A stretch of 63,187 nt of DNA, the filler included, from Chiloscyllium plagiosum (taxonomy: Eukaryota): assembly GCF_004010195.1 (NCBI RefSeq). It is 3 parts of one record of this genome, joined end to end, with 100 filler letters (N's around TTAATTAATTAA, not from the genome) between each part and the next. Parts side by side here need not be neighbours in the genome. Positions count along the whole stretch, not along the records: positions 1 to 28,400 come from NC_057711.1; positions 28,501 to 58,670 come from NC_057711.1; 1 more part is not named here. The stretch is one strand, 5' to 3'. This document shows positions 26,901 to 39,509 of the stretch, in pieces (within the stretch, counting starts at the first letter, position 1; every line of letters starts with the position of its first letter). The notes under the pieces were generated by a model that saw only the letters and a list, made by a program, of their open reading frames with translations, was not told the origin of the DNA and made no database searches. Made by a program: the position numbers and the translations under genes.

Positions 26901-27416
26901 TTGATAGCTCATGCCCCTACTTTGCCCATGAAGACAGAACAAGATGGTGATCTGGAACTTATTGTCCCCTCACCATCCTCACATCCCCTGGTTTAGAGGA
27001 CACATGCACCCATTTCCAAAGCTCTATGTGCTATTCTACAGTTGCAATCAAGCTGTGTCACCCCAGTCCTGAGTGTCTCATGTGACAAAGATATTACCTC
27101 TGTTTATATCGGTTTAATCTACAGTATGGGGACTGAAACTCTTGCAATTGTTTCACTGAAAAAGACATGAGCTGATTGAAAAAACTTAAAATTCTCCTGC
27201 TTATTGTGGTAGATGTTTAACAAGGAATGAAAAAGAATTATTTGACGACAATTTGACACTTAAAAGCAAAAATTAGGACAAAAGCAGGAAAAGGCCATAA
27301 ATCACAAAAATACTAATCTTACTGAACAATTGTTGACATTATTGCATGTTTGAGAAATAAACTTTGTAATTGTTAAAAATGACCAGGTCGTTGCAAAGGC
27401 ATAACATAATATCACT

Positions 27417-27630
27417 ACCAGAAAGTGTGGTGCTAGAAAAGCAAAGCCAGCCAGGCAGCATCGAGGAGCAGGAGAGTCGCCGTTTCGAGCATAAACTCAT
27501 CAGGAATTGCTGAAGAGCTTATGCTCGAAATGTCGACTCTCCTGCTCCTCGGATGCTGCCTGGCTGACTGTGCTTTTCCAGCACACTTATTGAATCTGAC
27601 CTCCAGCATCTGCAGTCCTCATTTTCTCCC
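27417..27630. mobile_element. Second palindromic Penelope-pLTR-derived mini-element (opposite orientation to 5840-6060)
   Basis: 14-bp TSD aacataatatcact at 27403-27416 and 27631-27644; inverted arms around tcatcaggaattgctgaag. Confidence 0.82.
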
Positions 27631-27889
27631 AACATAATATCACTTACAACCATTATTTTTCACACATCACATCTGAGAAGATATTCTTGAAAACGACTAT
27701 ATCAACAGAAGCCAAAAATACCAGAAAACAGACTGCAACTGCAGTTACACGCACATCGTAGCCATTAAAACCAAAAATGTTCTCATATCACCATTCATCT
27801 ACTTGATGCATTTTGATTAATATATCTGAAAACTAGCTCAGATGTAATGATTTTAAAATCAAATGTAAATCCACTATGTGAACCTCCAG

Positions 27890-28320
27890 CAGTCTCCAGC
27901 ATCACAGCTGCCAGTCTTCAGACAATTCAAGTCACTCCACGTGATATAAAAAGCAGTTGGCAAAGATGGATACTGCTAAGGCTATGGGCCCTGACAACAT
28001 TCCAGTAATAATACTAAAGACTTGTGTGCCTGTACTTGCTGGTCTCCTAGCCAAGCCGATCCTCTTAGTTACAACACTGGCATCCATCTGACAATGTGAA
28101 AATTTATCCAGGTATGTCATGTAAACAAAAAGCAGGACAATCCAACCCAACCAATTACTACCCCATCAGTCTATTCTCAATCATCAGTAAAGTGACGGAA
28201 GCTGTCAGTGCTATCAACTGCTCAGCAACAGCTTTGCTCAGTGACACCCTGTTTGGGTTCTGTCAGGGGTGCTCAGTTCCTGACCTCACCACAGATTTCA
28301 TTCAAAGATTGTTAAAAAGG
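27890..28320 (+). mobile_element. Second-family LINE RT fragment
   Basis: KAMGPDNIPVIILKTCVP and SNPTNYYPISLFSIISKV. Confidence 0.75.
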
Positions 28321-28323
28321 GAT

Positions 28324-28398
28324 GAGAGAGAGAGTGAGAGAGAGAGAGAGTGAGAGAGAGAGAGAGTGAGAGAGAGAGAGAGAGAGTGAGAGAGAGAG
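28324..28398. repeat. (GA)n microsatellite with periodic GT interruptions, abutting a gap
   Basis: Directly visible in the sequence. Confidence 0.95.
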
Positions 28399-28400
28399 GG

Positions 28401-28500
28401 NNNNNNNNNNNNNNNNNNNNNNNNNNNNNNNNNNNNNNNNNNNNTTAATTAATTAANNNNNNNNNNNNNNNNNNNNNNNNNNNNNNNNNNNNNNNNNNNN
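28401..28500. other. Assembly spacer (N-run containing TTAATTAATTAA)
   Basis: 100-nt block with an all-frame-stop linker at 28445-28456; an identical construct is at 58671-58770. Confidence 0.9.
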
Positions 28501-29140
28501 TCGTTCTATCTCTGAGCTTCCAACCTAGCTCCCTGAAAGCCTGTCTAACATCCTCGGCACTCCTCCTACCTATGTCGTTGGTGCCAATGTGGACCACGAC
28601 TTCGGGCTGCTCCCCCTCCCCCTTAAGGACCCGGAAAATACGATCAGAGACATCACGTACCCTTGCACCTGTGAGGCAACATACCAAACGTGAGTCTCTC
28701 TTGCCCCCACAAAACTGCCTATCTGTGCCGCGAACTATCGAGTCCCCAATTACTATTGCTCTGCTCTTCTTCACCCTTCCCTTCTGAGTAACGGGGACAG
28801 GCTCCGTGCCAGAGGCCTGAGCCCCATTACTTACCTCTGGTAAGTCGTCCCCCCCACAAGTATCCAAAACGGTATACTTGTTCTTGAGGGGAATGGCCGC
28901 AGGGGGTCCCTGCACTGGCTGCTTCCTCCCAGTCCCCCTCACTGTCACCCATCTATCTGCCATCTTTGGAGTTACTACTTCCCTAAAGCTCCGATCTATG
29001 ACCCCCTCTGCCTCCCGAATGATCCTAAGTTCATCCAACTCCAGCTCCAGTTCCCTAATGCGGTCTTGGAGGAGCTGGAGATGGGTGCACTTCCTGCAAG
29101 TGTTATCAGCAGGGACGTCCATGGCATCCCTCACCTCAAA
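28501..29140 (-). mobile_element. CR1-type LINE ORF1 (zinc finger/leucine zipper + SGNH esterase)
   Basis: ORF CRKC..LQLLQDRIRELELELDEL...IVIGDSIVRG...VVHIGTNDI, open up to the gap. Confidence 0.9.
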
Positions 29141-32100
29141 CTAAAGTCATCACTAAAGTTTTTAAAATCCCCAACCTACCTGATTTTCAGACCCAGATTG
29201 ATAAAGAGTTCAGACAAGGATTCTGTCCTGATCAAGAATCCCTATTTATGACAGGTAATTAGATTCTAGCTACAGGTAACAGTTAAGTAAACTCTACAAA
29301 TTAAAATTCTAAACCCCAGATAAACCTCCCCTTGCACATACACATTCAAACAAGGGGGAGAACCACATGGGCACAGGGAAACTGGACAACCAGTTCTGTA
29401 GTCTTTGTCACAAAATGCGTTGGTTTGGTTTCATGCTGATCCAAAGATTTCTTCTCAGCCTTCTTTTGCTTGCACTGGTTTGCAAGAGGCAGAAGATGTC
29501 TGCTTCACTTATGACAGTTCCCTGACTTATCCGATTCTATTTGACAAACTGCAGCATCTGCTGAAAGAAAAATAAAATGGTTTTCTCAGGTTTAGAGTGA
29601 TTTAAGGGAGAGAACTGTGAGAGAGATTTTGGCTGCTGAAGACCTGCCAGCTTTTGTTTTGGCATGACAAAGCTTGTTGCTGTCCTATTTCGCAGCCCAG
29701 CTACCTAACAAGCAATCACATGCTTATTGGTAACCAGAGAATTCTTGCTCACTGATAACTGAATACCAGTCACACCAATAAGCTTCACTTGTAAACAATC
29801 CTTTGACCCCAGTTCGTCACCCCATCGTTGGAACCCACAGCTACCCAAACAGGGTTCACAAAAGACAGCCCACATTCAAAAGGTGGGATCTATAGTGTTT
29901 ACTCCTGAGATGAAATGTCTCTTCCTTCTTGCTATGAGATGCCATGATCACCAAGGCCAAGGTCATACACACTTTCAGTTTCCCTGGTTTTACCCCATCT
30001 ATGGAAGATGTTTTGTCCCTACGGTTCCTTTCAGAATCCTCAGTGTGGTCCTTGCTCCCATTTGAATAGTGTGGAAGTCCACTGAAGGTAGTATGAATTT
30101 ATCATTTCTGAAATTGATAGCATTCGTTGATAGTCCACTGAAGTAGCAAAAGATGTAAAATGGAAAAAAATTAGACTATTGTACTGTGATGCTTGCGTAC
30201 TATTTAGTTGAGTTGGTGAATATAAACATTGCTGATTCATTTTAGAAAATTTGCAAAGGAGTAGTTAAGTTTCAGTGCAACGTCCTTCTAAAAAAATGGA
30301 TATCAAGATCCACAGTGGCTTCAGCCTCAAAACCTCCCTGCAGCTCTTCCTGCCTAATTACGTTAGAGCTTGGGATAGGCACCCTATTATCACAAGTACA
30401 ATCATGACTGTGTCATGAATAACTACACACAGGAAATCATTATTTAATAAGACTACATAACTCAGGGCAGTGAAATATGCACCACTGAGGCAACTTGGGC
30501 AATTGTCTTAGTAATCTTTTCCTGTCATGTATTTTAGAAAGGAATGAAGATGAGCAATTGCACAATAACTAGAATGTGAAACCTTACATTCCATGAACAA
30601 TAAGTATTAAAATTTAACTTTTAAAATATGTATTTATGATGTTACAAATTATAATAAGAAATAAAAATAATTGCACAATCACACACATATATTTTTGCAG
30701 AACTAAGGAGACTGGTGCTGTTTAAAAAGACCTTACCAACATATCAAGTTCATAGCTGCAAAACTCAGATGACCGTTAGAAAGAAAGACACTGAGTTAGA
30801 GAAGAGAAGGGAAAAACAATGTTTATGTTTAACAATTTGAAAGAGTAGGATCTGTATGGAAGAAAATTTAATTGGCAAATTCAAGAACTTGAGAATCACA
30901 TTTTTTGTAAAAGCAAATTAGGAGTATCAGGAATAGAATTGGATATGTCTTGATTTTTAAGATTGTCCAGATGGGTCAGATTTGGGTTAACCAGTGCTGT
31001 AAATCCTTTCTACTTAGTAAGATAATTCAACTTTTTTACACAAATAATCTCTTGTGCATTCTCAACTTTAATCACATTAACATCAGTGGTGGAACTTCAG
31101 CTGCCTGGGCTCTAAGCTCCGTAGCTTGCATTCCTCCTTTCAGTCTGAAATTAGTACCCTACCTTTTCATCATCTGCCTTGGCTATAATTCAGAGTTTGT
31201 TAGATAATTGCTTGTGTGAAACACCATGGGATATTTTACTACATTAAATGCAAGTTATTGATATTGTGATAAATGAACAATGTTACTTAATTATGTGTTG
31301 CCAAAACGTTGTCATTTACCTACTTTTCCATTGCAAACTGGCTTTTGTGTTCTCCACATTATTACACTTCCAAAATAGTTTACTGATTGTAAAACACTTT
31401 GAGAAATTCTGAGAACATGGAAAACATTACATAAACTGGAGTGCTGTTTCTTTTCTTTCTACAGATGGTGGTATTTTACAGCATCTATCAACTGGGAATC
31501 TATGAGAAAAAAACCTCAAAGAACTGCAAATGCAGGAAATCAGAAAAAAAAATCAGTAATTGCTGTAAAAGTTCAGCGGGTCTGACAACATCTGTGGAGA
31601 GAAAGCAGAGTTTCGAGTTCAGTGACTCTTCCGCAGAACTGTTCTTCAGAATACTGATACTGCCAGAATTGCTGAATGTTTCCAACAATTTTTGATTTAA
31701 GAATCTTCGAGACATAGCCAGGGATATCCTAAAAAGGGACCTAGATTTCTGAAAAATGAAAGAAAATCTAAAGAGAACAGGAAAGTGAAATAAAATGCTT
31801 CTACAGAAGTGCAGTACTTTCACAAAAATTCTAGAGAAAGAACATGCTGACTGGATGAAAGGAAGAAGACAGAATAGAAAAGTTAGAGGAAATAAATAAT
31901 TTACAGCTGTCAGACTGAAACAAAAGTGACAGCATATCTAAAAGGAAATTATAGTTAAATACAGATGTAGTAAATTATCAGCTGGTAGCATTATTCTGAT
32001 TCCTTTTTCTCTGTTTTTTGAGAGCATTGTCTCCTTTACACACTCATTGAAGTAGCATCAGCCCAACAACAGTATAAAAAGGTTAAGAAGTTACTGTATT

Positions 32101-32404
32101 AAAAGCTAAGAGCTCCTTCAACTTAAATGTGATATTTTGAAACTTCAGTGTTCATATAATGCATATTAAGTTCTTTCCCAACACATAAGTGATTTTGATA
32201 TTTAAAGGAAAACCATCATTGCAAGTCACAAAGTGGCAATCATTCTGAAGCTGCAGGTTAAGGACTGACACATTGATAAGTAATAAAATGCGCAGCAAAT
32301 TCTATTGAGACTGCCATCATGAGATAATTCCCAGTATTTTTACGTGACAGGATGATGTTGCAGTCGAAAAAACGTTCACATGTTATAATCACTTAACATG
32401 TTAG

Positions 32405-33370
32405 GAATTGGAAGGATTCAAAATTGTCTTGAAGGTAGGAGACAGCATAGTGGTAGAAGGTTGCTTTTCAGACTGAACGCCCGCGATGTGCCACAAGGAT
32501 CAATGCTGAATCCACTGATTGCCATCATTTATATAAATGATTTCGGTGTGAATTCGGTGTGATTCCAAAATATGGTATAGTGGACAGTGAAGAATATTAT
32601 CTCAGAGTACAATGGGACTTTGATCAGATGGGCCAAAGGACTGAGGAGTGGCAGATGGAGTTTAATTTAGATAAAGGTGAGGTGTTGCATTTTTATACGA
32701 CAAACCATGGCAGGACATATACAGTTAACGATAGGGTCCTGGGAAGCGTTGCGGATCAAAGAGAACAAGAGATCCAGGTGCATAGTTCCTTGAAAGTGGG
32801 GTTGTAGGTAGATAGGGTGGTGAAGAAGGTATTTAGCATGCCTGCCTTCATTAGTCAGAACATTGAGTATAGGAGTTGGAACATTATGTTGCGGCTCTAA
32901 GGACTAGGTTCCTTTCTGAAGAAAAGATGTAGTTAAACTTGAGAAGGTGCAAAAAAAGAGTTACAAGGATGTTGCCAGGATTGGAGGGTTTGAGCTATAG
33001 GGAGAGGCTGAATATGCTGGGACTTCTTTCCCTGGAGCATTAAAGGCTGAAGGGTGACCTCATTGAAGTTTATAAAATCATAAGGGGCATGGATAGTGTG
33101 AATTGCCAGTGTCTTTTTCCCAGGGTAGGAAAAGGTAAAAGGGAAAAGATTTAAAAGGGACATAAGGGGTAAGTTTTTTACGCTGATGGTTGTGCATGTA
33201 TGGAACGAGCTGCCAGCGAAACTAGTGGAGGTGGGTACAATTACAACACTTAAAAGGTATCTGGATGGGTATATGGATAGGAGGGGTTGAGAGGGGTTTG
33301 AGCCAAACGCTGGCAATTGGGACTAGGTCAGATTGGGATGTCTGGTTGGTGCGAACAAGTTAAACCAAAG
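32405..33370 (+). mobile_element. Decayed CR1-type LINE 3' portion
   Basis: ORF 32559-32807 WQMEFNLDKGEVLHF; WNELP motif near 33200. Confidence 0.85.
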
Positions 33371-33675
33371 GGATATTTAAATTCAAAGGAAACTGTATTT
33401 CTCTCGCAACATCTGTGAACTCAGGATATCATGAGTATTTTACAGCCAATATCAAACACTTGAAGTATAACCTCTGTGGCTTGTAGAAAATATGACAGCC
33501 TGTCTACACACAGCAAGTTCCCATCAACAGCACTACGGTAACAATCAAATAATTTGTTTTAGTGAAAACAAATGCTGTGGATGCTGAAAATGTGAAGTTA
33601 AAGAAAAAGTGTTGGAGAAACTCAAGAGGTTTAGAAGCTTATGTGGAGACAGAAACTGAGTTAACGTTTTGAGTA

Positions 33676-34361
33676 TGTTGTGGGGCAAATCACCAGCCTC
33701 AAAGTCAGAGTCAGGGTTTAATGACAGAGTTTATTGTACAAGGAAATACTGGAGCTCCGGGGAAGAAAGACACCAACAGCACAGTGGTTAACTGCAATAC
33801 TTCTCTCAACCTGGAGCACATGTCAACTTGCTTTTATACATTTTGTGATATAATAGATCAGTGATGAGGTTATTGCCTCTGTAACATTCATGCAGTCATT
33901 GTCAGTTCCAGTGCAGCCTATTGTTAATTTCAATGCGATCATCAACAGTTTCAGTGCAGACATTGTCAGTTTCAATGTCTGCGTGGAAGTCCATTGCTCT
34001 AGTAATGGGCACTAATCACTCTTCCTGAGAAGGACGATTACTGCAGTCCTGGCTATTAACATTGTCTCAAACAGTTAGCATTTCTATCAAAGGTGTTGGC
34101 TGGACCCAAACATTTCGGCAGGCAGTATACGCTACTCATGTGTATTGTCTCCCCCACCTGCTTTAAAGTGATCAACAAGGTTGTGAGTGCATTGTGCTGG
34201 CATTCTGGTGGCCCCAGGCAGTGGCTGTGTTTGCTCTGCTGTCTCCCTCCATATGTCCAGCAGCCATCCTGTGTGTCAAGTGGCCAAGTGATGGCTCAGT
34301 GACCATCTTGGGTGTCCGTGTGCCTATTGTCATCCTACCCCATGCCATCTCCCACTTTTCA
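33676..34361 (-). repeat. ERV 3' LTR (~686 bp)
   Basis: TG...CA ends; starts right after the PPT; minus-strand TATA-like gtataaaa (~33832-33839) and AATAAA (~33730-33735); homologous to 41735-42340. Confidence 0.88.
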
Positions 34362-34370
34362 CCCCCCTTT
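34362..34370 (-). promoter_or_regulatory. Polypurine tract
   Basis: Minus strand aaagggggg immediately before the TG of the 3' LTR. Confidence 0.75.
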
Positions 34371-34445
34371 GTGGTCAAGGAGGCAACTTTGGAGATCTCC
34401 CTCAGGCCACACAATTTACATGTAGAGATGGGTCATCTCTTGTAG

Positions 34446-35853
34446 CTACTCCTTCTGAGGGGTACTATGGAGTGCCAATTTTGTTGGGGGCTGTTTCATG
34501 GTGACACTTGCTGCTGGTACAGTTCTTGTCAGTAGCACCTTACAGCAGACCTTTAAACACCCGAGGACCACACAGAATACCAGCATGATTGCAATAAGTA
34601 GAACTATTCTGTTTGCCAAATACGTCCTCAAGATTTACTTATCAACCAATTTAGCCAGCTGTCTGTATTTGTGGCTCCCTGTCAAAAATTATCTTGCTGG
34701 TCTCAGATATTCTTGATGGCTTCTGTAATGTTATAGGAGGCATCAATACCACGGGTGATATAATTGTCACCAATAATTGTACAAACTCCCCTTTGCTATG
34801 ATAATTGATAATCCACCTCGTAACATGTTTGCTGTGTGTAGAGACTGAGTTCAGCCTGCTCAGTATTAATTGCTTCCAGAGCTTTCGAGGTATTATTGCC
34901 TAAGCTAGTTAGGCAACATACAAGGTAATTTGGTTTTTAGCACTGATAACCCCTGCTGTGCCCCCCCAAAGATAGAGATCCCAAGAATACATATCCCAAT
35001 AAGAGGACCTGCCAGTCAGCACAGAACTCCTGACTGATGGAGCAAGTCACTATACTTCTACGAACATGCGCCCCGTTGGGGCATGGTACAGTAAGGGGTG
35101 CAATTGTCCCTGCCATGAACAAGTTTGAGAGGTGTGGGGTGTCTGTCACATAAATCCCCTTAAATAAAAAAACAAATCCCTTTGCTGTTCAGTAACATAC
35201 ATTGTCCTGTCATTCCGTCTGTCTGTCCACCTATGTCACCCCTGATCCCCTGTGTGCCCTTCCCAGCTGGTAAGTGTTGAACGGGTATGTCCATGTGGTA
35301 GAGCTGACATGGATGCCATTGTACTGACCACATATGAACTGTCTGCCCACAGTCACATTCAAGCATGCCTGCTCGCTGCAGATGCAGGTAAACTGTCCCC
35401 TGGTGACTGTATAGTGCTGATAAGTGCACTGTGCCTGGATGCATGAGTCATTTTTGGGAACCAGGGCATAAAAGCATCCCCATCCCTGTCCTGTGAAACA
35501 GAGTGGGTAATTACCAGGTTTTAAATGGGTCTTCCCTTCCCTAGGCTAGGGGGCCCAGCCCCAAGGGCTGGTGGTCCTGCCCAGCTGCACATATCTACCC
35601 TGGAGTCCCCACTTGTATTTCCCTATCTGCCCTTTACACTGTGCTCCTGAGGTGTCTACTGTTTATAGGTCACAAGGGATCCACACCAGGGTAGCCACAA
35701 ATAAGGATTCATCTGATCGTGCCAGGGGTAGCAGGCAGTTTGGTTCCCATATATACTTAGGTGGGTTTTATAGAAGAGGTTTTCCTCAAATCCTGACATG
35801 CTCCCAACAGTCGTGACACTTAAACACAGTGAAATTAATACAGGTATATACAT
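34446..35853 (-). pseudogene. env: ERV env (frameshifted, with stops)
   Basis: Signal-peptide-like MYIPVLISLCLSVTTVG; HVRR/S cleavage-like site; ISD-like LSLYTQQTCYEVDYQLS*QRGVCTIIGD; TM segment IVLLIAIMLVFCVVLGCLKVCC. Confidence 0.82.
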
Positions 35854-35889
35854 TTTACAGTTAAAATAAAGTTATCAAAGTCTTTCTTT

Positions 35890-38800
35890 TCGTCAGGAGG
35901 TGCAGTTGTGCTTCTGTGTGGTTTGTTCTGTTGTGTTTTCGGTACTCCCCCTGGGATGATTGTTCTGTCCGCTGCTCCTGTTTGCATCTGGGGAATGGTC
36001 AATGACATTAGTTTGGTCACAGGCATCTTTAAATGGTTTTAGTTGGGTCCGGTGCTTCATGTGCCTTTTCCTTTAATGTCTATGCAGGCACAGGTGTATG
36101 GCCCATTCCATTTTGGGGCATAGCCTGGTTTGTAAGGCAATGCTCTCACTAGGACACAGTTTCTGCTGCTGGGACCTCAGGGAAGATTTCGAGTTCCCCT
36201 GCCTTGTCGTTTTGTCCTGTTTATCAATTACAGATTTACGCATCCCTTTCAATTGGGCACTTAATTCTATCACATACTGCCAAATTTTCTCTTTTCATGG
36301 ACTCACATCAGTGCCACCTGTGATTATTGTCTCTGGCAATTGCATTGCTCGCCCGGTCACTAATTCATATGGTGTTAGCCCAGTTGCTTGATTTGTGGTA
36401 GCTCTTAATCACATTAGTATGGTTGGCAGCGCTTCAGCCCATGTTCTGCCTGAGGTTTGCATAGCCTTAGCTAAAGTATTTTTGAGCGTTCTATTCATTC
36501 TCTCCACCATCCTGAGCTCTGGGGGTGATAGGGAATGTGAAATTTTTGTCTAATGCGGAGTAATTGGCAGACAGTCTTCATGATCTTGCCTGTAAAATGT
36601 GTCCCTTGGGTCAGAGTCAATCTGGAGGGATACCCCCCAACCTCAGGATTACCTCCTCCGCTAATATTCTGGCTACAATGGTAGCAGTGCAGCTTTTGGT
36701 TGGGAATGCTTCTACCTACCAGGTGAATTGGTCTATGATGACCAGGCAGTACGTTTTCCCACAGGAAGGTGGTAGTGGCCCCGTAAAACCCACCTGAAGG
36801 TGTTCCCAGGGTCCCCTAGGTCTGGGCTGGTGTCCCATTTTAACTTTCATGGGACTCCCTGGGTTATGTTGTACTCAAACAGTGCATCTGCAGCAGTACT
36901 TGGCCACGTCTCTTTCCATTCCCTTACACCACCACTCTCTCCCTAGGCTTGATGTCGTGGATTCTCTACCTGTGTGGGAGAGCCCGTGGTGCAGTTCAAG
37001 CAATGTGTTCTGTATACACGCTGGTGCTACCATGTTGTCTACTCGCCTTCAAACACCATCCTCCCCATTGAATGCTCCCTGCAGTTTCCATTGCTCCCTG
37101 TCTTCCTGCGGGGTGTCCTCCTGTCACTGCTGAATTTGGATAGCGTCTTTCGCCAATTCAATAGTGGCTATTGCAGCCAGGTCAATGGCTTCTTGTTCTA
37201 GGGTTTTCTGAGCTGCTCGGTTTGCTGCCTGGTTTCCTTTGAATTTTCGCCAACCTGAACTCCTCTTTGCTGGCTCCTTTTGATGGGCTTTTATTTTATT
37301 ACTGCAGCCTCTTTTGGCTGTTCACTGGCAAGCAATAGTGCCTGAATTCTTAATTAGTGTCTGATAGGGGTTTTCCCACGGTGGTGAACACTCTTCTACC
37401 CCATGCCGCTCTGTAGGCATGGACTATACCGAAAGCATATGACTGTCTGTATATATATTCACGAATTTTCCTTTTGCTAGTTCCAGTGCTTTGGTGAATG
37501 CTACCAGTTCTACTACCTGTGCAGACTGATTTTCATCAATCCCCCCAGACATAACTGTTCCTAACTTATCATTTACCACAGCCCATCCTGTTCAGGGTGA
37601 CCCTGCTACGTATTTTCGTGACCTGTCCACAAAGAGGGTCTCCTTGGCCGTATCTAGGGGGGTATCTTTTATTTTCCCCCTATCCTCATCCCCATCTATA
37701 TCCCCACAGTTATGCAGTTCCCCGCGGCTAGAATTTCCTCCGCTGGGTTTTCTCCCGTATCCCTAACTATTACAACAGACCGACTCAGGGGTAAAAGAAG
37801 TGCTTCCCACTTTGCCCTTATATTGGAGACGACCCTCAGTTTACCTGTGTTTTGCATCTCTACTAGAGTGTGTTTAGTGTGGAAGATGACATTCCCTGTC
37901 ATTACTATGGGCTTGCTAATCCTAACAGCCCAAGCAGCACAGTCTAAAGCTGCTATGCATCAGGGCAACCCAGTGACTATTGGCCCTTCTGTAGTTGAGT
38001 AGTACCCTATGGACCTTCTCCTGCTACTGTGGTCTTGGGTGACCACAGCAGAGTAAAACCCTCCCTCGTTATTACAGTGCATGTGAAAACCCTTGCTGGG
38101 ATCTGGCAGTCCTAGCCCAGGGGTCGATATGCGTCGAGCTTTAAGCTGACTGTATGCCTCCTCCTGTTCTAGCCCCCAGATTACAGGTTCCAAGGCGGGC
38201 GTGCCTCCTTTAATTAATCTCTGGATCGGTTCAGCCAATTTTGCGAACTCGGGAATAAAGCTGTAGTTGAATAGCCCCATGACCTTCCTGACTCCCCTGA
38301 CAGTGGCAGGTCGTGGCATCTGTTGGACTGCCTTCTTGCAGTCATTAGGCATTTCTTTGAGTCCCTGGGATATAAGGTGTCCCAGGTATAAGAGTTGTTT
38401 TGCCAGTCTGTGCCTTTCTGGGGCTGACTTTTAACCCTGCGGTTGCCTCTTCCTGCCATTCTAGACATAAAGCTTCCTGGTGTCCTGACCTGGACTCTGA
38501 GGCAATCAGGATATCATCTACATGTTGGAGGGCAGTGCTACCCTCTGGTAAATATACTTTCTTCAGAATGTTGCTCATCACTCTGTGAAAAATAGAGGGG
38601 CTGTTGTAGAACCCTTGTGGCAGGCGAGTCCACATGTCCTGCCTGTCCCTTTCTGTAAAAGCGAATTTGTTCTGGGACCCAGGGTGCAACGGGATAGACC
38701 AGAATCCGTTGGCTATGTCTAAAACAGTAAAAATTTTGCATTCGGCAGCCAAGCTGTTTAAAATGGTGGAGGGGTCTGCTACAATGGGGTGCAATTTGGG

Positions 38801-39509
38801 GTTGTCCTTATTTAGTCCTGTATAATCAATGGTGAGCCTGTAGCCTGTGGCCACTTCAGGGAATTAGTTGTACTTGTGGTTGCTTTCAGGATTCCCTGTC
38901 TCACTAGTCCTTTCACTATCTCCACAGCTGCTTCTTCTGCTTCGCGTTTTATTGGGTATTGCCGGTGAGGCTTATGCTCTGGTCCGGGAACCCTTATTGG
39001 GTCTATGGTAACTAGACCTGTAACTAACTTTGTTTCTGCCCATGCTCCAGGGACAAAGGCGCAGATGGCTCCAAATTCCCCTTTCTCGAGATTTCAGTCC
39101 CTACTTGTGGCTGTCGCCACTTTACTAGTTTCAAGGTGGCTTGTAAGTTTCCCAAACCCAGTCTTTCAACTGTCCTATCTAGGCCAAATCAATTCCCGTT
39201 TTGCACAAACAGTTAGAACATTACATTCTTTCATGAGATAGTTGCCCATTACGGTGCCCTCGTCATTTTGGCATATATAAAAATATTGTTTATTTCCATG
39301 AGGGTAGTTTCGCTTAGGTAAGCTGGTGTTTTATCCGCTCCTACCCCAGTTATGTGAATCATTTTATTTTGTGTGGGGTAAGGGTAAGTTTTTGATAGAT
39401 ACAGCAGCACACCTGTGTCTACTAGCATTTCATATTTCCCTCCTCCTATTATTGCGGACGCGTAAATTCTCCCCTCTCCCTTATTCTCACGAATGGGGGC
39501 AGCTGGTTG
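35890..39509 (-). pseudogene. pol: ERV pol: protease, RT, RNase H, integrase (disrupted)
   Basis: PR LVDTG; RT LDIANGFWSIPL, WTRLPQGFYNSP, QHVDDILIAS; RH LFVD, SAQVVELVA, NIYTDS; IN GPWEHLQVGFTGPLP, HIPYHPQSS, VERMNRTLK. Confidence 0.93.

Noticed and set aside
27097..27156. Short minus-strand ag/gt-flanked segment (KQLQEFQSPYCRLNRYKQ)
   Set aside because: End phase does not fit the 23512 exon; no homology recognised.
28445..28456. TTAATTAATTAA palindrome inside N-runs (also 58715-58726)
   Set aside because: Artificial all-frame-stop scaffolding linker, not biological.
29870..30290. Possible upstream exon of the REXO1-like gene (acceptor near 30288, ATG at 30240)
   Set aside because: The frame stops at 30040 and shows no recognisable REXO1 similarity.
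31520..31700. Another inverted pLTR pair as an active hammerhead element
   Set aside because: Older family with a decayed core and no clear TSD.
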